DNA of 63,973 nt, counting the filler, from Stramenopiles sp. TOSAG23-2 (lineage: Eukaryota): NCBI GenBank assembly GCA_900128395.1. It is 5 parts of 5 records of this genome, joined end to end, with 100 filler letters (N's around TTAATTAATTAA, not from the genome) between each part and the next. Parts side by side here need not be neighbours in the genome. Positions count along the whole stretch, not along the records: positions 1 to 29,407 come from LT649389.1; positions 29,508 to 58,835 come from LT649390.1; 3 more parts are not named here. One strand, 5' to 3'. The translations under genes were made by a program, and so were the position numbers. Shown piece after piece: positions 23,601 through 34,329 of this stretch. Under the pieces are notes generated by a model that did no database searches, had not been told where the DNA came from, and saw nothing but the letters and a program-made list of their open reading frames with translations. Each line of letters begins with the position of its first letter. Position 1 is the stretch's first letter.

Positions 23601-26075
23601 AAATTAAATAAAATAGAAAGCGACTCCGAGAAACGGCAGGTCGAAAGAGTTATGCAAGTTGCTAGCGTTTTTGGTATGGAATTTAAAGTGGGTGGTTTAT
23701 TAAAAGTGCGACCACTGAGAACTTACAGTTCATCCCATATGAATCAGGCGGATATGGAAAGCATTGAAAACAACGATTATGAAAATGAAGATTACGATAC
23801 ACTGGACTCTGACAATGCTGTGCGTAAATCAAGCCAAGAATTAAGAAATAGCGAAATGGATGCACAAGTCATAAAGGCATTAGATCATCTGGAAAGATTA
23901 TGCATTATTAAGAAAATGTACAAACCGATCAGTACAAATGATGTCTCGCCATTGACTTACAAATATTACTGTTTCTGTCAACAATATATACAAGCAGTTG
24001 CCTATGGTACCTTATTGTATGATGAACGGCAAAGTATCCATGCATCCATAGCCTTAATTATTGAGAACGAGGCTGGTCAAAGCACTGCATCTATAAATAT
24101 TACAAAACAATTAGCACACCACTACTTCAGAGGTTGTATTATACCAAAGGCGTTACATTATTTAGAAGAAGCTGGGTACCGTTCGCGAATTGAACAAGAG
24201 TATGAAACGGTTAAATTATGTTACATTCGGTTGCTTCAAATGTGTGGTCATTATTTTGCCACTGATAATTTTCAGCATCCCGTAATGAAACGAAAGAGTC
24301 GCTGGAAAGTCGAATTCGATATAGCTGATAGTGTTATCAAACCTTGGATGTATTCTAACTGGTGTCTCCACTTAGCAGATGTATATGTGTTGGAGAATAA
24401 CGATAACGTTGCTTTACAATGTTATTATGAAGGTCTATATGTTTTGAAGAGGAAAAATGACGCCAATTTTAATCCAGATTCATTTTTTAAAAGTCGTTTT
24501 CAGCATAATAGGTACGATAGTAATATTATTGGTACATTATCTAACACGGAAGTAAAAATTGCAAGTTTATGCTATTTAGGAGTGGCCAGATTAGATACTT
24601 CATTAAAATCTAGTGAAACGCAGTTTTTTTATACCTCCGCAATAAAGTTAGCCCAAAAAGTTTGCAGTGACAAAGAGACTTCCTCGTTAGTATCTTCATG
24701 TTATGTCGATTACGCATGGTTTTTATTTTGCTCTGGGAGTAAACGTAACATGTCAAAAGCTATGCCAATGTTTGCAAAGTCTATACAGCTATTATCTCAC
24801 GTATGTGAAGCAAGAACTCTTATTTATCTACATTGTCGTTTCGGGGAGTTATTGTATGCTTCAGGTGACATTTCTACTGCGCATAATTATATTAAAACCG
24901 CAATGGAGCTTTGCAATAGAAATAAATATCATCGATTGCAATTGAATATTGCGTTATTGTATTTTTATGGTAACCAACTTGCTAATTCATTCGAAGGAAT
25001 GTACACAGCAATTAAGCTATGTTCGAGGGTTGATGATCATCAAGCTTTTTTCTTATATGTGTTTTATTTATTGGAAAAGGGCGAAATAGATCTTGTCGCT
25101 GATAAATTAGCGAATCATTTAAATCCGAAGTTATTAATAAAACAGAAACGGCAACGAAGACGAGGATCAGCAAAACGTAGAATGTCTTCTTCGTTTAAAT
25201 CTCGTATGTCATCGTCTTTGAATTTGCAACGGAACAATGGTGATTCCATTTTAGCTTTAGACAGAGGTTTGGAACATAAATTTATGCGCAATACAGCTTC
25301 GTCTCTACGAATTACTGACTCTGTCATGCAAGTTGTCGATTACAAAGGATTAAAGAAAGTAATAGCAAACTATTTGAAGTCCCAAAATTTGTCAATATCT
25401 TTCCCTCTGATTTGTATGTCGTTGGCCATATTTTCTTGTTTAAAACATTGGTATCAGAATGCAATTGATGCTTGTCAACGCTGTTTTCAATATATGAGGG
25501 ATAATAGACGAGTGGTGGGGCCTATGACGTTTTATATTCCGTTAGCAACATGCGTTTCGATATATTTAATGATAAAATCGATTCATAAGGATGTTGTAGA
25601 GTTTCCAGATCAATCAGATTCATATTGTAAAAACATGACGTCGACACTTCATCATTTTAAAGATATTTCATCACAATTTTCAATCGCATGGAAATATGTA
25701 TGTGGATGGCGAAAATTTAAAAAATCGTCTTCAAGCAAAGCTTTGAAACTTTGGAGACAAATTGTCGATGAAAATAAAGATGTAATGAGTAGTACAACAT
25801 CATTTGTTGGTAGAACAAAGAGACTTTTACAATATATTGAAACTAGGAAAATAGAAGATGAATCATATAATGTTGCATCAATTATGAATATATGTTATAA
25901 AAAAGGTTATCTATTACCAGGATCCGATGAAGTTATTAATGACAGAAGCTATGATGATAGAGTTTCTACTATTACAACCAAAAATCCTTCTACAAATCAT
26001 CAATTTAACACGAACAATTATTTGACTAATAGTGAAACGAGGGTACCAAGAAATACTACAGAAATTCGAGTTTAA
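20664..26075 (+). CDS. ADCY10: Soluble adenylate cyclase type 10-like protein (two class III cyclase domains, STAND P-loop ATPase, helical repeats)
   Basis: LFADISGFS, GGDVIKFAGDA, RFIVDDKG, IGLTTGKVFCG, VNLAARLM; Walker A GGHGMGKT, Walker B IIIFEDVHW, GNPLF. Intronless. Confidence 0.88.
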   Translation: MGCKYTTLQRSAKRRNPNIIELEDYNRDNNTNEAKLPDAMVKQRTSDYVYCNSLSPVENEFRLRKTYVPNRIISRHLKHLVEEEEKSIQQKDSLNSSEENKQNGEKSDRFDMSEFLNMSNNLPWAEEYEAAVLFADISGFSQLAESLKRELKCSLNAAEDLSFYIEKCLDQMVQVIVGNGGDVIKFAGDACLAVFDAKYFQDSLPKATLGASLAALELTKLDLKAAGQKLKIHCGIGTGQLVGFHVGGVMNRYEYVVTGKPINEMSHAANESSAGEVVISNSSYRQLKLSIPKAIRRKSVNRSPHSSGLSSSTVTDSSSKMTGSFSSFGRNSNNSNSSVTSSWSAKVLRKKSSGNHHYENASKRSNDSQWLEPIETAALSSGNYMLTRISFSGTTASEYYDDNLLNEETCQLLLSSLNAYIPRPALSVILSGSSNRIASFQVCTTMFLKLKGLKFHRGVDYLNKLQLIFSNIQEILQKYDGTVCRFIVDDKGSYVLAAFGLPPCRKRNIPKRAVFAAMEIQRSISKMYNIQLQIGLTTGKVFCGTVGGAIRNEYTMHGSLVNLAARLMGKATQGILVCDHTRNLTKTAVFYEQAIVIKVKGFNNPISVFNPIKPQNSLVQKNSKTGSPYSIAQDDEIPIIGRDNILQFLDRRVRNFANGQQNNIVFINGGHGMGKTCLCQYLFTSAEPYSIDVWLASGQEFQTKQNFEPWKKIILQALELDDNKVNNANFNKNLDEKLQFLKGTPDMEYIYEIFPELTPATAIKKKVVLLENENVLNGETTTDLLHGLAKVEKIGGIILKIFNSRNSKKSKPRNYQGHTIIIFEDVHWISEVALEVLNYITSQSIQYMGVISSLTEDDLNDEFGDESSNRYYGMDGNIDDDDTILIEESSAIYLHALVKKDIVDLCKQILDVRFLATSFVNEVCSKGQGNPLFTLEIVRMMRDQGQLVIGDDSCARLEASVVAKANEAIPDIIVALVLNKLNKIESDSEKRQVERVMQVASVFGMEFKVGGLLKVRPLRTYSSSHMNQADMESIENNDYENEDYDTLDSDNAVRKSSQELRNSEMDAQVIKALDHLERLCIIKKMYKPISTNDVSPLTYKYYCFCQQYIQAVAYGTLLYDERQSIHASIALIIENEAGQSTASINITKQLAHHYFRGCIIPKALHYLEEAGYRSRIEQEYETVKLCYIRLLQMCGHYFATDNFQHPVMKRKSRWKVEFDIADSVIKPWMYSNWCLHLADVYVLENNDNVALQCYYEGLYVLKRKNDANFNPDSFFKSRFQHNRYDSNIIGTLSNTEVKIASLCYLGVARLDTSLKSSETQFFYTSAIKLAQKVCSDKETSSLVSSCYVDYAWFLFCSGSKRNMSKAMPMFAKSIQLLSHVCEARTLIYLHCRFGELLYASGDISTAHNYIKTAMELCNRNKYHRLQLNIALLYFYGNQLANSFEGMYTAIKLCSRVDDHQAFFLYVFYLLEKGEIDLVADKLANHLNPKLLIKQKRQRRRGSAKRRMSSSFKSRMSSSLNLQRNNGDSILALDRGLEHKFMRNTASSLRITDSVMQVVDYKGLKKVIANYLKSQNLSISFPLICMSLAIFSCLKHWYQNAIDACQRCFQYMRDNRRVVGPMTFYIPLATCVSIYLMIKSIHKDVVEFPDQSDSYCKNMTSTLHHFKDISSQFSIAWKYVCGWRKFKKSSSSKALKLWRQIVDENKDVMSSTTSFVGRTKRLLQYIETRKIEDESYNVASIMNICYKKGYLLPGSDEVINDRSYDDRVSTITTKNPSTNHQFNTNNYLTNSETRVPRNTTEIRV

Positions 26076-26646
26076 AGAGTACAAAGTAATAATATCATAA
26101 TGATGGTCCGTATTATCATTTTTATATTACAGTATATATATATATATATATATATATTCACACAGTCGCTGTGTATTATATTATCTACTATGATGAGGGG
26201 AAATTGAATAATAGCATTGCTTCTTTAACATCCATGTCGATTTACAATTGTATTTGTTTTCCACCTGTTGATTTCGTCATATTACATAAATTACAGTATT
26301 TTTTTTCAATTTTTTATCATTTGTTTTATTTTGTATAAAAAATGTGTACCCGAAAGAGAACGTGGGAGTAGAAAAGTTGTAAGGGTTTAATGTTTAATGA
26401 TTTTTTTAATATTCTAATTTCCCATTCAAGTATAAATTATGTGTCATTTGATAGGTATGAAGTGGAATTGAATGAATTTGAACAAATAATAAATAAATAT
26501 TTTCAAAACTAAAAAAAGAAAAGGTTAAATGAAAAGAAAACAGAACAGAATTCTATTTTGAACGATACGTAAACATACATACATATAAACATATATATAT
26601 ACATATATATATATATTGTTGTGGTTTGGTTGTATATAAAACGTGT

Positions 26647-27369
26647 ATGGAATCGCCAAAATCGAACGAGTCTGGAACAGATTCGACGAAAAAAAGACCA
26701 ATATCACCACAATCGTTGTCAACTGCCTTAGTTAAATTCCCTAAAGACATTTCGGAATTACCGTTAGTAAACGTTCAATTAAGTACTATCAATTTATTCT
26801 TAAACTGGGCAAATAATTTTAGATCGCAATATCTAATACGTGAAGTTACTGGAATGAAGGATAAAATTCATACGGGAGAAAAAAAACTAGGGCAGTTAGA
26901 GGATAATGTAACTACGTTGAATAGTGAAATGAAAGAACAAAGTGCAGATATGTATAAAGCACTTTCTGATATGAAAAAAGAATTAGAAGAACAAAAGCAA
27001 TTATTGTCGGAACGTGAAGCACAGATAGAAAAATTTACGTTGTCTCAATTCCAACGGGATGCAGCTTTAGATTCTTTTATATTTGCCATTTGTTATTTAT
27101 TGATATCCTCCCCATTGATTCAATGGCCAATCGAAGCAGTCCTTCTTATCTTGTATTATATTCCTGGTCTTTCAAAAATTTTAATGAGAAAACGTTATAC
27201 AAATGGTTTAGTACAATTGTTATTGGTTTATTTTATATTTTCAACAACACGTCAATATGCAATTGAAAAATCATGGCATAATCAAGTTGGTACAACAAAG
27301 GCATATGCATTGTATTTCATGAAAAAATTAAAATCGGTATTTGAATCAACAAGGAAAGGTATCTTTTAA
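26647..27369 (+). CDS. Hypothetical coiled-coil membrane protein
   Basis: Heptad region followed by two or three hydrophobic segments. First ATG is at 26647. Confidence 0.65.
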   Translation: MESPKSNESGTDSTKKRPISPQSLSTALVKFPKDISELPLVNVQLSTINLFLNWANNFRSQYLIREVTGMKDKIHTGEKKLGQLEDNVTTLNSEMKEQSADMYKALSDMKKELEEQKQLLSEREAQIEKFTLSQFQRDAALDSFIFAICYLLISSPLIQWPIEAVLLILYYIPGLSKILMRKRYTNGLVQLLLVYFIFSTTRQYAIEKSWHNQVGTTKAYALYFMKKLKSVFESTRKGIF

Positions 27370-27509
27370 AAAGTTGTATTTTACATATATAATCTGATAA
27401 TACAGTAATATCATATTTTAGAAAGTACCAGGTATTGAAATATGTAAAAATATATTTTCATTTTAAAATATGTTCTCGTATATATAACACACTCAATTTG
27501 TGTAATGCA

Positions 27510-29407
27510 CTAGCTATAATTTTAACTAGGGCACCAGGCTAATGCGCATATTTTCCATCAAATTTCACTAAAATCATCATTTTCAACCTTTTCTTGAAAA
27601 CGGACAAAAGTCGACTTAATTAAAAGAATCGACTGAATTCAGAATAAGAGCTAGCTGGCTAGCTAGCTATAACCAGGGCACCAGGCTAATGCGCATATTT
27701 TCCATCAAATTTCACTAAAATCATCATTTTCAACCTAAATTCTTGATTTACATCTACAATCACATGGATTTTTCATTTCATTACAAGAAAACAAAGGAAA
27801 AACATTGAAAATACCTTTTTAAACTTAGGCTCCACTAGTATACCATTTTTCCTATCAATTGGCAAAATAATTTTGACATTTCTTGTTTTCAGAAATTAGG
27901 GATAGCAGAATTTCTGGCATCAAATTTTTACACTAAAATTTGTACTTAAATAAATTATTAATTTACAGAAATGACTAAAATAAACTATAAAATTCATAGA
28001 AATCATTAAATTATAAAAATATCCATTTTTTAAAACACAAAATACATGTAAAAATTACATCGTCATTTTAACAATTTCATCCTTTTCATACAATAATATA
28101 TAAATACCACCAAATATGAAATCATACAAAATATCATATTTTAAATGGAAATGTCATTTTTTACATAAATTGTAAATATCGTTTTTGGAATATTTTAACC
28201 TATCAAAAATACAATCACTATTTTTGTACTAAATAGTGTAAGACAGAGCCGACACTACAAGTAAAAATCACCTATCAAATAGAGTTACAGCTATAGGGTT
28301 ACGCGTTTTTTTCAACTTTTAACAAAACACAAAATACATGTAAAAATTACATCGTCATTTTAACAATTTCATCCTTTTCATACAATAATATATAAATACC
28401 ACCAAATATGAAATTATACAAAATATTCTATTTTAGATGGAAATATCATTTTTCACAAAAATTGAAAATACTGTTTTTGGAATATTGAAACCTATCAAAA
28501 ATTTAGTATTATATTTTTGTACTAAATTGTGTAAGACAGAGTCGACACTACAAGTGAAAACCACCTATCAAGTAGAGTTACAGCTATAGGGTTACGCGTT
28601 TTTTTCAACTTTTAACGGTTATTCAAATATGAAGTAACAATAGAAATAATAACATACCTTGTATATTTATTACTAATCATATATAAATTGATCGTAGATA
28701 CTTATTTTGATAAAGATATGTATGTGTATTTCCAAAAAACTACCTTTTGTAATTTTTAAATTTTCCATTTTTAGTCCAGCGCTATAGGGTTACGCGTTTT
28801 TTTCAACTTTTAACGGTTATTCAAATATGAAGTAGGTACAGAAATATTAGTATATCTTGTAATATTATAACCAAGTATATATAATTTGATCGTGGATACT
28901 TATTTTGATAAAGTTATGTATGTATATATACAAAAAACTACCTTTTATAATTTTCAAATTTTCCATTTTTAGTCCAGCCTATGTCCATACTAATTTCGAA
29001 AAAAATCACCATTTTGAAAAAAATTCAATACCTTGTCAGTTTCATTTAAAACATAATTAGATCAAAATATTCATGTACTTCTTTCCTTTAGACATGTGTT
29101 GAGAGATGTATCTTATTTCGAATTAATTTGTAGAAGATTTAGATAGAAAAAATCGACATATTGTATTTTGGTGATATTTCTGAGAATTTTTCAATATTTT
29201 GGTGATTTTTTGGGCTGTAACCCTAAACTAACTCGATCTTGAAAATCACTAATCGGTGTAAAGCTCGACTTATATGTAATGTATGGACAGGAGAACGGTC
29301 GGAGAATGTTCAGGTGATCAGTATACGACTTTTAGGTATTGGTTTCAGCTTTGTATATAATGGGAAAGTGTAGAAATGGCATTTGTGTGAGTGTATGTGG
29401 GTGTTGA
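27510..29407. repeat. Non-coding nested-repeat block at contig end (transposon-derived or satellite-like)
   Basis: About 64-bp duplicate (27525/27674), ~290-bp diverged pair (28034/28324), ~198-bp diverged pair (28584/28782). Motif ctatagggttacgcgtttttttcaacttttaac occurs three times. No ORF of 60 aa or more. Confidence 0.75.
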
Positions 29408-29507
29408 NNNNNNNNNNNNNNNNNNNNNNNNNNNNNNNNNNNNNNNNNNNNTTAATTAATTAANNNNNNNNNNNNNNNNNNNNNNNNNNNNNNNNNNNNN
29501 NNNNNNN
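29408..29507. other. Artificial contig linker
   Basis: N-run + TTAATTAATTAA (stops in all six frames) + N-run, 100 nt. Confidence 0.98.
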
Positions 29508-31793
29508 TTGTTTCCCCCCCCCCCCCCCCCTTACACGGATAATAGTGGTGATAACAAGGACAAGGATGAATGGTACCGGGAAGATCATGAGGTAAAATTT
29601 AAAAATGCTGTGCAAGATATGATTGTAAAATCATATAAAGAAGGATTAAATCTTCAAACATTGGAGCAAAAAATTGTATTTTACAAACGAACTGAAAATA
29701 TGGGTTGGGAAGAAACTGCTGCTGGATGTATGCGAGGTATTTTAACATTGACAAAAGACGTTGCGGAGAAAGAAGCCGGTAAAGCCGGTGCGCAAAAAGC
29801 ATTAATGGAATCCATACGTGAAACATTGAAAGCATTTGAACATTTAATTGTAAATTTAGCAGATCAAGGGAAAATAGTACAACTTGAAATTATCCTTGAG
29901 ATTGGAGTTTATGTATTAGAAAATGAAAAAGCATACCTTATGCTATTTCCTTTAATATTAGCTGCGATACGAGAGATGAAAGGTAGTAAAAACAATGACA
30001 ATGTATTATCTAATGATGTATTGGGAGGATGGAAAGATATTCATGAGAAATTAGACGATACAAATCCAAAGAAAAAATTACTACATTTTGGTACTAATGC
30101 ATTTTTAGAATATACGTTTAATAATGATAAAAACAACGTAAAAATTAATAATCCAACAAATAGGTCGAAACCAATTCCAGTAACACTACTTTCTGGATTT
30201 CTTGGTGCAGGAAAGACAACATTGCTGAAACACGTGTTACATGATCATGGGCATAAGATGAAAATTGCTGTTGTAGTAAACGATATGGGAGCGATGAATA
30301 TTGATGCAGATGAGATCAAACGACATAAACTAGTGCAAGAAAAGGCACAGATGGTGGAGTTCCATAATGGTTGTATCTGTTGTACATTACGTGGTGATTT
30401 GTTAATGACGATAAAGGATCTCAGTGAGGAAGTTGAGGAGGATGGCACTTCAACTTGGGAATATATTATAATCGAATCTACAGGAATTTCTGAGCCTTTG
30501 CCAATTGCACAAACGTTTGTAATGGACGTTTCCTCATGTGGCCCACCAACTGAAACAGGTGGTAAAGATGTTCAAGAATTAAAAAAAAAAATTGAGCAAT
30601 TCGAGCCACTTAGTAGATATGCTACATTAGATACGCTTGTAACAGTAGTCGACCTTTATAACATTTTACATGTTCTCGGTGGTGATCATAGTGCTCCAGG
30701 ATTTCGTGAGGGCCTTGTTGGCGATGAGGATAAAGGGACGGGCGGGGAGGAGAAAAAACCAAGCTCCCTATACCAGCTTTTAGTGGACCAGCTTGAATTT
30801 GCTAATGTAATTTTGTTGAATAAGGTTGATTTAGTACATCCAAAGGATCCAGTGGCACGGCATAAATTGGTGATGCAAGTTGGTCGTTTAGTGCGCAAAT
30901 TTAACCCAGATGCAAAAATTTTAGTTCCCGGATATGAATTTGAATTTGATGAATCGAGTCCTAACCTTTCCGTTGACCAGGGACGCGTTGACAAACCAGT
31001 ACGTGGAAAGTTAACTGTAGATAAGTTTCAGGATTTTGATGTGAATCAAATCATCAATACTCAACTTTTTGATATGCAAAAGGCCCAGATGAGTGCAGGT
31101 TGGATCCGAGAGCTACAATTGTTATATAGCGGTGTTGCTCATAATCCAGAGACAGAGGAGTATGGAGTTGGTTCATTTGTATTCCGTACACACTTCGAGG
31201 ATCCTCGTCCTTTTCATCCAATGAGATTAAAATCTATTTTAAAAGGTTTCGGGCATTTAATTACAGAGAAAGAGGAAGATATGCCAGAAGGCCCCTTCGC
31301 TGGTGTAGTTCGTTCAAAAGGCCAATTATGGCTTGCAAATTGCAATGCTGTTCAAATTGATTTTCACTCAGCTGGACGTCAAGTCAGTTTAGGAAGTGGC
31401 ATGCCATTCCTTGCTGCAATGCCGAGAAAATATTGGGATGCAAATTCTTGGAAACAATATTTGGAATATGCAAAACAAGGTTACTGGCATGGAGCGTTGG
31501 AAGATGGCTTTGGCGATCGCACTTCAGCATTAGTAATTATTGGCGTTGAGTTATCTGCAAAACGTAAGCAGATGATAACAGATGCACTAAATAGTGCACT
31601 TTTAACGGATGATGAGATGGCAGCTGGTAAAGCAGCATTTGAGAAAAAAGAAGTGAATCATCCATGGAAAAGTTTTAAAGATCCATTTTTTGGTGGTAAT
31701 GTAAAAGAATTGTTTGAAGTATCGGTTGAAAAATTGGAAGGGGTTGCAGGGCAATTGAAAGGAGGGGATGAAGGGCATGGACATAAACATTAA
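29508..31793 (+). CDS. COG0523/CobW (ZNG1-like) zinc metallochaperone GTPase with N-terminal W2/HEAT-like domain; 5' truncated by contig edge
   Basis: PVTLLSGFLGAGKTT, VVNDMG, NGCICC, ESTGISEP, NKVD, RPFHP, RSKG, FGDR and a His-rich tail GHGHKH. Confidence 0.9.
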   Translation: MFPPPPPPYTDNSGDNKDKDEWYREDHEVKFKNAVQDMIVKSYKEGLNLQTLEQKIVFYKRTENMGWEETAAGCMRGILTLTKDVAEKEAGKAGAQKALMESIRETLKAFEHLIVNLADQGKIVQLEIILEIGVYVLENEKAYLMLFPLILAAIREMKGSKNNDNVLSNDVLGGWKDIHEKLDDTNPKKKLLHFGTNAFLEYTFNNDKNNVKINNPTNRSKPIPVTLLSGFLGAGKTTLLKHVLHDHGHKMKIAVVVNDMGAMNIDADEIKRHKLVQEKAQMVEFHNGCICCTLRGDLLMTIKDLSEEVEEDGTSTWEYIIIESTGISEPLPIAQTFVMDVSSCGPPTETGGKDVQELKKKIEQFEPLSRYATLDTLVTVVDLYNILHVLGGDHSAPGFREGLVGDEDKGTGGEEKKPSSLYQLLVDQLEFANVILLNKVDLVHPKDPVARHKLVMQVGRLVRKFNPDAKILVPGYEFEFDESSPNLSVDQGRVDKPVRGKLTVDKFQDFDVNQIINTQLFDMQKAQMSAGWIRELQLLYSGVAHNPETEEYGVGSFVFRTHFEDPRPFHPMRLKSILKGFGHLITEKEEDMPEGPFAGVVRSKGQLWLANCNAVQIDFHSAGRQVSLGSGMPFLAAMPRKYWDANSWKQYLEYAKQGYWHGALEDGFGDRTSALVIIGVELSAKRKQMITDALNSALLTDDEMAAGKAAFEKKEVNHPWKSFKDPFFGGNVKELFEVSVEKLEGVAGQLKGGDEGHGHKH

Positions 31794-32172
31794 AAAATAT
31801 GAGATAAAAATATTGGCACACTCTGTGGATTTCAATGAACTCTATCGCAATGTTACGGTTCATTGTCCATCTTTCAGTTTAGTGAGATTATAGATTTCTC
31901 ACAGTTATTGTAATTCTTTCTGGAGAGTACGACTTCGTAGGAATTATCATGTGAGTAAATTAAAAAATAAGTTTTATTGGCATTAATTAATATTAATATA
32001 TAATACTTCGTACGTCGTAAATAATGATGTGGGTTAAAATCTAAGTTATTAAATTAGTTTTTACTTCTCATGGATATAAATATGGATAATGCATATCATA
32101 TCATATTATGATAATTATATATGCACATTTATATATTAAATATTATCAAATATAGATAAAAATATTAACCCG

Positions 32173-33429
32173 TTAGGATAATCCAAATATCTTCGGTGCT
32201 AATGGTTCCCCAAATTGTGAATTCTCACCAAAAACTGGAGGTTTAGCTGTGAAAAGAATGACTCCCAATTTACCAGGTTGATATTTAAATATCATTGCAA
32301 CATCAACAGGCATTTGTATTTCAATTGGCAAATGTAATTCTTGTACAACATCTTCACCCCAACTCATATCAATTTGTCCTGATCCCCAATTTGTCACCAT
32401 AGAAATTGTACCACAGCAAACACCACAACAACCTGGAATTGAGCTTTCTTTACCCGATCCAGTGAAAATATGTCCAGCACGTCGCAATCTACCATTTGTC
32501 AATGCCATGCGAATTGCTTCAGGTTGGCTATAATCATCTTTAGAAGCAAAAAATAAGTCACTAACATACATTCCTGCATCATTTTTATCTAAACCAGTAA
32601 GATGCGGACGAAGATCAACAGCCATTTGCATTAACTTTGGCTTGGAAATATTTGCAAATTCTGACGTAATTAAATCATTTGTGGAGACATATTCCACTTT
32701 TGATTTATCTATTTTCTGTTTTGCATCAGCAATGTTATCCATATTAATTTTATATGCACGTGCTGTTCGCTTCGGACCACACATTAGACTACCTATCAAG
32801 TTACACATATATCCCATACCAAATGGTAAATTTGCTTCTTTTGTACCAGCTAAGTTTTGAAATTGTTTTCCTGTTGAACCTAATTCCATCTTTCGTTGTG
32901 GATTCATTGTAATAATTTCTGCAGCTGGATTTAACATATTAAATATAGCATAATATGTCCCAGCATCTGCAATAACATGTGAAAGATCTACCATTATTGC
33001 ATTTAATCCATCTTCCGGAGTTTTAAATACAACAACTTTGAATAGTGATTCGTTTGCTTGATTAATTAATTTATTACCTTTTGATGTTTGATACGGTTTA
33101 AGTGTTTTACATATATTTGAATATGGAGTTTCTAAAGTTATTGTATTTTCCTGCTCCGCAACACTCACTTCTTGAAAACATCTTTCTATTACTGTTTTTG
33201 CAGCATGTTCAGCAGTTGGGATATTTAAATTATGATATGGAGATCCTTTTGTTAAATGTCCACAGATCCATGGATTTGCTTGAGCGACATCAACAAGACG
33301 TTTTTTTAAATTATCACTAACATTTTTACCTCTTACAAAAGTAATAGTTACAATACCTGCCATTTCAGTATGCCACATATGTTCTTCTTTTAATAATGAT
33401 GTATTAGTTATTTCAGTTGGTGCAATCAT
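32173..33429 (-). CDS. CoA-dependent acyltransferase (HXXXD, BAHD/condensation-like fold)
   Basis: NPWICGHL, DLSHVIADAGTYY, YVSTND, MAVDLR, VTNW. Confidence 0.65.
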   Translation of the reverse strand: MIAPTEITNTSLLKEEHMWHTEMAGIVTITFVRGKNVSDNLKKRLVDVAQANPWICGHLTKGSPYHNLNIPTAEHAAKTVIERCFQEVSVAEQENTITLETPYSNICKTLKPYQTSKGNKLINQANESLFKVVVFKTPEDGLNAIMVDLSHVIADAGTYYAIFNMLNPAAEIITMNPQRKMELGSTGKQFQNLAGTKEANLPFGMGYMCNLIGSLMCGPKRTARAYKINMDNIADAKQKIDKSKVEYVSTNDLITSEFANISKPKLMQMAVDLRPHLTGLDKNDAGMYVSDLFFASKDDYSQPEAIRMALTNGRLRRAGHIFTGSGKESSIPGCCGVCCGTISMVTNWGSGQIDMSWGEDVVQELHLPIEIQMPVDVAMIFKYQPGKLGVILFTAKPPVFGENSQFGEPLAPKIFGLS

Positions 33430-34329
33430 ATTTATTTATTAAACTTACACAAGATTGTATATTCTATCTCTCATTGAATAATATATACACTATATAACTG
33501 TTGGACCCTTTCTTTCTCTGTGTATGTATGTATATATATATTATTTTTTTTCTGAATATACGTTTATTCAAGGTTTTTGATCAAATGCAATAAAATATAT
33601 ACAACAGCTTCTATCAATAAAAAAAAAAAAACAAAAGGAAAACCACGACGAGCACAAAAAGGGGAAAATTCGATGAGCGTGTGTACAAACGATGGGTATC
33701 ACCTCTCAGTGGATGTCTTTGTAAGAAGAATGGTTTCTGTTGTTTCTATTGGCCACTGTGGTTTGTTTCTATGTTTATGATATGCATATATATATATGGG
33801 TATAACGGTCTCAAATTTATTTAAATTGCAAAAAATAGCTATCAAATAAGGTTTTTTATCAGCATATATTATACTTAAGGCAATCTCATCTCAGCATCTA
33901 AATTTTCTGCATCACTATAAATGAAATAAAACTTAAATGATTTTTTTTTGTAGTATAATATAGGAATAGCATTAAAAAATAGTTTTATTTCAGACATCCT
34001 CCAAAATCGACACATCATACTAGTCTGCGTCGTCAGACGACTCTTCTAACATCATACAATTATTTTTTTAATTTTAAGTTGGACACACACACCCACTCAC
34101 CCACTCCCTCACATAATAAAAGATTCTCTCACAACATCTTGTGCTTCCGGGTGCAAATCAATCGGAAAACAAAACCAAATTAAACAAAAAAAAAAAACAA
34201 AGGAATTGAAACCTCAGAGATTCTATCATCAATATCTATATAGAAATCAAAATAAATAAATATATTGTTCCATTATATGTTTTTTTATAATAACAGTATA
34301 CAAATTAATTTGTGATTATAGCATTAAAA

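Noticed and set aside
28290..28820. Three copies of a ~33-bp motif as a CRISPR-like array
   Set aside because: The intervening sequences are long (about 165-260 bp) and themselves repeated, there are no cas genes, and the context is eukaryotic.
29452..29463. TTAATTAATTAA palindrome repeated four times in the window
   Set aside because: It is always centred in a 100-nt N block, so it is an artificial six-frame-stop contig spacer.
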